A stretch of 56,535 bases of DNA, counting the filler, from Sphacelaria rigidula (lineage: Eukaryota), in assembly GCA_964200075.2 (NCBI GenBank). It is 5 parts of 5 records of this genome, joined end to end, with 100 filler letters (N's around TTAATTAATTAA, not from the genome) between each part and the next. Parts side by side here need not be neighbours in the genome. Positions count along the whole stretch, not along the records: positions 45,310 to 56,535 come from CAXNAA020005209.1; 4 more parts are not named here. One strand, 5' to 3'. This document shows positions 50,246-56,535 of this stretch, piece by piece. Below the pieces are notes generated by a model. The model was not told the origin of the DNA, ran no database searches, and saw only the letters and a list, made by a program, of their open reading frames with translations. The first letter of the stretch is position 1, and every line of letters begins with the position of its first letter. Both the position numbers and the translations under genes were made by a program.

Positions 50246-51420
50246 CAGTGTTGTTCCTTTTCAATAATATGGAGGCGGGATTTATGGAGATTGGACGCCC
50301 CAACACAGTACACCAGGCGTCTAATGATACTGAAACTTAACGTATGTGTGGCCTGAAGCCGCAGGTAGGTGTTGACGCAGCAGTTTCGGCGACCCAAGGC
50401 GTTTCGGCGCAGCGTGGCTTCAAAGGGTGATTGTACACGATGCAGTTCTGCGATCCAAGGCGTTTTGCGTGTGCGCTGCGTGGCTTCAAAGGATGATTAT
50501 GGATGATGCTGCAGTGATTCCGAAAAGAACACTTTCTGACGACGATTCTAGAGGGTAACGACATGAAATCCGTGCGGAGACAGGAGTAGATCTTGCCCTC
50601 CTTGTTGTTTACATCGGCCCCGTGTTGGTCAAGGCTGGCACCAAGGCCGGAAATAACGACCAGCTAAAGTTCTCCATATATTAGAGGCAGATGCCTCTGA
50701 GTGTGAGTTTTATACGCCGTGTCGATCGAGACGCGGCCGAACAACGCAGCCAAGAAGAAGAGTATCTTCTGTGAAGGACCACTGCGGACCTGTTCGGGCG
50801 GGGGGCAACGCCTCCTCCCCCGCAGTGCCAGACCTGGCGCGGGCGTTACCACGACGGTCTGTAAATGACAGGGGCAGTTGCTGTAGATTTTGTTTTCATC
50901 AGAATCAACCAGATTTTCTTCCGTGGTGTACTCCCACGTGAAGATATTCACCTCTCTGGCAGGCGCGTGATCGCCCTTGTGCAGAGGTTTCACTCGGTTC
51001 CAGAATAGGACAGAATGCGAGTTGCAATTTGTTTTTTTTCACGAATGGATCGCGGGTACTCTAACCCAGTAGAGGCGTGGCTCGCATGGTACAGTCAGTA
51101 CTACAGTACTCGTTGTACTGGCACTAGGAACCCACAGTGTCAACGGATTACGGTGCGCGGATACATATCGTGCAATGGACTCTTTCCACTTTCGTGGTGA
51201 TATGCATCCTTTCCCATCCGGCCATCAAACCTGCGAAAGCTGGTCTGTAGCGCCAGGTATCCGTGCTGATGTCGAGACCTCCCTTCCGAGGACGTTTGCC
51301 CTTCTAGTCTCTAAACCATACTTCAGGCCTCAGAGTATGAACGTCTCCACTTGACGCCGCGGATGATTTTTGTATAATTCCAGTACAATAATTCAATTGA
51401 AAAAGAACACTGCAACACTG
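50246..51420. mobile_element. Non-autonomous DNA transposon (MITE-like), copy 2
   Basis: Starts cagtgttgttccttttcaataatatggaggc. Colinear with 14466-15414. Right TIR eroded (attgaaaaagaacactgcaacactg). Confidence 0.85.
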
Positions 51421-53269
51421 CAAAGGGTATGACAATACGTTATCTTCAACTTCTCACACTAGCTCTTTTCAGACCCGTTGGTTCAACACTGCAAAATCTC
51501 CCTTGCTCCTCAAAAAGCTGCACGCCCATACCCTGAACAATAGATTACATCGTCAAAAAGTGTATTGTGTGCAATGTCGACTGTTGCGTCTATCGCGATA
51601 GACAATAGATTGCACACTGTACTATACTACACGTCTGACAATGTAATCTTATATCCAGGCTGTAAAACGCTGCCGAGAGGCTGGACCCTGACACGCCCTT
51701 CATGTCAGCATTGGCAACAGTAAGATGTACAACAACACAAAAGGGAGGCAAAAACCCTTTACACGTATCCCATTAACGTTAAACTTCTGAAAAAATTGGA
51801 TATCGCAAAGAAAAAAAAGTCCGGAGACCTGATACCGAAAACAGTGTCACTGAGATTATCTTGTCGAGATTATGCCACAAAAAAGTTGTTGTGAGGGTGG
51901 TGCCGACTCCTCTTCACCATGTTGCAACACTCCTCTCCCAACCTGGGGTCAGACGCCCCATGAGTCCAAGACTTGAAAAACATTGAAAAATGAGGAAAAA
52001 AAATAACGAACGCAACCAGGAATACGGAGGAAGAACAAAGAAAATGCAAGCAGCCGTCGTGCGCGAACAAAAAATGTCACCCCAGTTCGATAGGATCCAT
52101 TTCGTCCGATAACAACGGCACGCTTCTGGTGGAGTGTGCCCAGCTGGATTCGTGTAAAACTATCATGAGTCACATTAAATCAGTCACATACGGCGAACCG
52201 TCAGTTCCACGGCCTCCAGATCTCCAGTACAGCACAGCACCCCTAACAGGGTCACATCATATACCATGGCACGCAGAAATGGCGGAAAAATAATGCTGTA
52301 CTGCACTGTCCCATACACTATGGATGATGACTGAGACCACGCAGGTAAGCACACCGCTCTCCGTGCTCGCAACAGACTCCCAAGCATGCCCTGTGTAAAC
52401 ATTGCGTACTTTTGTCACACGTATGTGGGCACCAAGACCCCCGTTGTACTCTGCCCCCCCTGCGAAGACGATTAACTGGGAAACATCGGCGGCTCGCGCC
52501 CCGCAAACGCGCCGGTTGGTGAGGGGGCCCCGCGGGAGCGCCGCCGGAGGCACGAAAAAATGCGTTATTTCGCTTTTTTTTTTTTCAAAAATGTTGAAAA
52601 TTGTAAAAAATGTGACCCCTCACATTGAGGAGCTCAAACTCCTAGCTGGCATTCTAATCCAATTCAAAGCGGTGAGCGATTCGAAAATCATTCATCTGTG
52701 ATATGCAGCAGCGGACTCTCCGCGAGGAGAGAGGGATGCAAACAATCCAAGGCTGGCAGCACGCGAGGATGAGGTATGCAAAAAAAAAATGGGTCTTCAC
52801 TTCTTTTCTTCTTGTTTTTTTTTGGGGGGGGAGGAAGGTTTGGGCGTTCTCGTGAAAAAATGGTCGTCACCAGGCTAAAACGCCCTATACCAGTGAAAAA
52901 AACAAGAGACAACAACCCAACCTGCTTTTTTTGCTCATCATGCCCTAGCGAGGTCCCACACAAAATTTCGATACACAAACGCCAAACGTGGGCCAGTAGG
53001 TGACCTCCAAAATACTGGTCTGATTTTCACCAAACCGGTTTTTCAACGGCCCATTCGTAATTTAATACTCAGAGTTGGATTCTAAAATTTGTGTTATATC
53101 ATCAATAGGGCATAATAAAAAAAGTTATGCGTGGAACCAAATAGTTTTTCTAGTGAAGGACAATAATCAGTTGTCAGGTATCAGTAAAATGCCGTGATAT
53201 CACGAAAAAACAAGATATCTTTGGGTCCATGCATAATTTCTGCACTATGCCCCAGTGATTATCCATGCC

Positions 53270-53860
53270 AAATTTTAGGGTCCAACTTCAAGTATCATAG
53301 TACTGGGCGCCTGACCTATTCATTTTGTAATTTCTTCGTAATTGGCGATTTTTCTGGGCTCTTTCGCTTGCCACCGCTCGTCACATTGGGGATCTGAATA
53401 TACTTGTATCCGCTCCACATCAAGAAAAAAAAACATATGTGCTCAATGTTGAGTGACTTACGGTTTGACTGGTCATCGGGGGTCCTGACACGTTTCAGCT
53501 CAGATGCTGATCCTTCGGTATTCTCGGTCAATCGAGCCTGTCCCGATCGCATTTATAAACAAATGTACAGATTTGTTTTTTCAAAATTCTCCCTCCTCAT
53601 TGCACTACAGCCGAAAAACTGTTCCGGGGTCAATAACAGCCTCCTGATAAACGCGGTATCTACTCGTATCGCCCGATGACATCAACGAACACTAACTTGG
53701 ACACTGGGGAGGGAGGGGGGGAACCCGGTATGTTCATTTCACCAAAATCTACCGACGCCACCACTTTCGAGTTCTATCAAAGAATAGTCGCGAGAAAAAC
53801 CCTTCTGAAGAAATGTAGTTCAGGCGCCCAGTACTAAAACTTGAGAATGGGCCTGAACAC
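53270..53860. repeat. Imperfect inverted repeat pair (~90-bp arms)
   Basis: tagtactgggcgcctga (~53298) versus tcaggcgcccagtacta (~53820), with flanking partial pairing. Confidence 0.65.
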
Positions 53861-54669
53861 TCAAAATCCGCTTTTAGGCTGGCCCACCTCGTACCAAGAG
53901 TACTGTCTGTCTTGTACTGCTGCCAGATGCAGGCCCCAATTCTGCCACCATTTTTTCCATGATGATGTAAGCATTTTTTTTATCAACTCATCATACTAAA
54001 AATGGTATACATAGCCGGTAGCGGCAAACTTCAAATAAACTGGATAAACTGGAGTCATCATCATCACTTCCAGTTCAACTCAAGTTCAAGTATAATCGCT
54101 AGTACCAACTGGTCCAGTTCACAGCCTCAGTGATTGTGCTCATCTTGTTGCACGAGTGTATTGCTAATACAGCAGTTATGTGTTGCTGTAGCACTCGGGA
54201 AGCACACGCCGCATTACCTGCCACACCCTCGCGAATATCACCATACGAAAATAAGGACGGCAGCAGTTGTGGTCGCCACACATCACAGCAACAGCCGTGA
54301 AACGTTCGCGCGGATGATGCACCTTGTGTTCAGGATCTAACAACGTTTTCGTGAGATTGAAAGTAGGGCGCGGATTGAGAGTGGCTTTGACCATTCGCTT
54401 TAACTTCACTATTCTTACATTCCGTGTGTGCTCTTCTTTGCCTCCATCATTGTCGTGCGCTTCCACTACGCGTCGATATCCTTCTCAGCGATATCAAGCG
54501 CCTCAGTGGCAGGCTACTACAGAAAGAATATCGGGCCTCGTGAAGGGGCATTTCGGAACTGAAACGATTCATTCTCTGATTAACCACTTTTCACTCTCAA
54601 TCGTATCCTCTACTCTCAATCTCCCGAAAACATCGTTATCTAAAGGCAGTCAGGGGGAAAATTATCAGC

Positions 54670-55680
54670 CTGACCAGCCAGTGTTTTCACGAAAAATAAA
54701 AAGCGCTCCCCACGCTTTCTACTGTATGCTGGAAACATCCGACACAAAACATCTGACTTTCATGGGTGATCCCGCTCTCTGCAACTCAGACTGCAATAGG
54801 CACACGCTCTTCCAACGCGAATGTGCCTTTAGTGCACGGCGGCACTGAAAAAAGCAGCGGCTGGCGGCGTGTGAGGTGACGTGAGGCCGTCACAGATTTC
54901 CTGCTACAAGAAGAGGCATTTGCTCGGGAATGAAACACGGCGAGAATGGCAGAGTTTACACCTACTTTTCAGTACAGACGAGAAGTCACGAAAACATTAC
55001 ACTTGCTGTCACCAGCCGGTAAGAGTCAGTGCAACCAAAAAAAAAACGATGCCGACGCCCAGGGTTTTATGCTGGAACCATTTGACACAAAACAGCCGAC
55101 CTTCATCTGTGATTTCGCTTAATGCAACTCAAAGGAAAAAATAGAGCAAACGCTCTTCTCACGCGATATTCCTCATTGCGCACAGCGCCGCAGAACAAAG
55201 CAACAGCTGGCAGCGTGTGAGGTGATGCAAGGCGGTCACAAATATCTTTCTGCGAACAAACACAAGTGCTCGGGAATGAAAACCGGCGGGAATAGAGAGA
55301 TGACATCTAAGTTTTAGTGCAAACAGGCAGTCACGAAGAACATCACTGCTGCTGTCACCAGCCGGCGATCGTCAGGACAACCACGAAAACAAAATCGCGG
55401 TCGACGCCCCCGGTTGTGTGCTGAAAGCACCCAACAAAAAGCAGCATACTCTCGTCTGTGATTTCGATCTCTGCAACTCAAAGTGTATAGAGCACTCGCT
55501 CTTCAAACGCACAGTTTCTCCTTGAGCACAGCGGAACAGAAAAAGGCAACAGCTGGCGGCGTGCAAGGTGATGCAAGGCCGTCACAGATTTCTCGCTACA
55601 AGCAAAGACATGTGCTCGCAAACAAAACACGGCGAGAATGGCAGAGTTCAAGTGTTGTTGGTACAGTCAGTCACGAAAAG
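54670..55680. repeat. Diverged tandem array, about 3 units of ~345 bp
   Basis: tgcaactca at ~54780, ~55123 and ~55472; gctggc.gcgtg..aggtga...aggc.gtcaca and gctcg..aa..aaa.acggcg.gaat recur at the same period. Confidence 0.85.
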
Positions 55681-56535
55681 CGTCTCTGTTTCGATTTTCC
55701 CTTCCGCTTCTGTTCCGGTTTTCTGCTCTTCTTCGATTTTCTCATCTTGAAGCTCTATATACGCTGCTTGTCGCTGACCCCAAATATGCTTATCTTTCAA
55801 AGCGGTTTTCTCGGCGAGCGAGCAGAGGATTGGACCGCGGTTTGCTGCGTGCGCTTCCCACACACCAAACTTAGGGAATGCCGTTTGCGATTTCCTTAAC
55901 GCGTAACACAAACGTCGCACCGAACCAAAACGTACTAAAATGTATGTTTTGTGTTTTCACTTTTGGCGGCTTTTTGGGTCCGCTGTGGCGAATTGAGCAA
56001 ATCGCCTACGGGATTTCCCAGCCTTTGTGTGTGTGTGCGGGAGGCTGTGAAGTGGCACAGGTCGCATACTGGACCAAGCTCGTAAGGGATGAAGCGTGTG
56101 TCCTGTTCGGCAGGGATCTGGCCAGTTGATGACGTGTTCATTATTCTTCCGCGTTTTTCATGAGTTTATTCAGGGTGTGGTTTTGTGGTCAAGCCCCCCA
56201 TTCACCCCCGTGACAGTGAGAAAGAATGCAACTGTGGTATTTGATTGTTGTTTCTTTGCTGAACTTCGCGGCGTGCTAGTTCATGGGTATATCAAGAAAA
56301 AATCAAGGGTGGCTCTGCTTGCGCGCATTCTCTGCACGCCGTGAAAGGGCAAAGTCGAAAACGCGAAGACGAACACAGATGCCTTGCTGATACCGATCCA
56401 ACCGCGACTCCCCCTCTCATGGAGACACCCACATAAAAAAATCAAAAATGAAACGGATGCCCACGAAGGCCGCCAGCGGTAGTATTCATTCTTCCCCCCC
56501 CCCCCCCCGACTAAGGCAAGCAACAAATGAGTACC

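Noticed and set aside
46000..55680. CRISPR-like or guide-RNA array interpretation of the tandem repeats
   Set aside because: Units are >300 bp and homologous along their length with no unique spacers, and I recognised no Cas, TnpB or Fanzor ORF in the window.

Overview
Eukaryotic nuclear DNA, most likely a brown alga (Phaeophyceae). That assignment is an inference from the short exons in kb-long repeat-rich introns, a Zn2Cys6 gene and the transposon complement. The window is not contiguous: five near-equal blocks (11228, 11228, 11227, 11226, 11226 bp) are joined by 100-bp N44-TTAATTAATTAA-N44 linkers, so neighbourhood across linkers means nothing. Block 1 has an intronless Zn2Cys6 transcription-factor ORF, a hAT transposase fragment and a possible Helitron Rep fragment. 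Block 2 has the last four exons of a PRP4 kinase gene, a 949-bp TIR element, a ~470-bp foldback, and a decayed Penelope-like element preceded by a hammerhead-ribozyme-like fold with almost no helix II (the most interesting item). Block 3 is mostly a decayed chromodomain-bearing Ty3/Gypsy element. Block 4 has six exons of an M14 zinc carboxypeptidase (one probable GC-AG intron) whose introns hold a ~530-bp foldback, a LINE 3' end and a tRNA-derived SINE. Block 5 has a Ty1/copia remnant, a second copy of the TIR element and two diverged ~320-365-bp tandem arrays. I found no intact multi-gene novel system. The best leads are structured non-coding elements.
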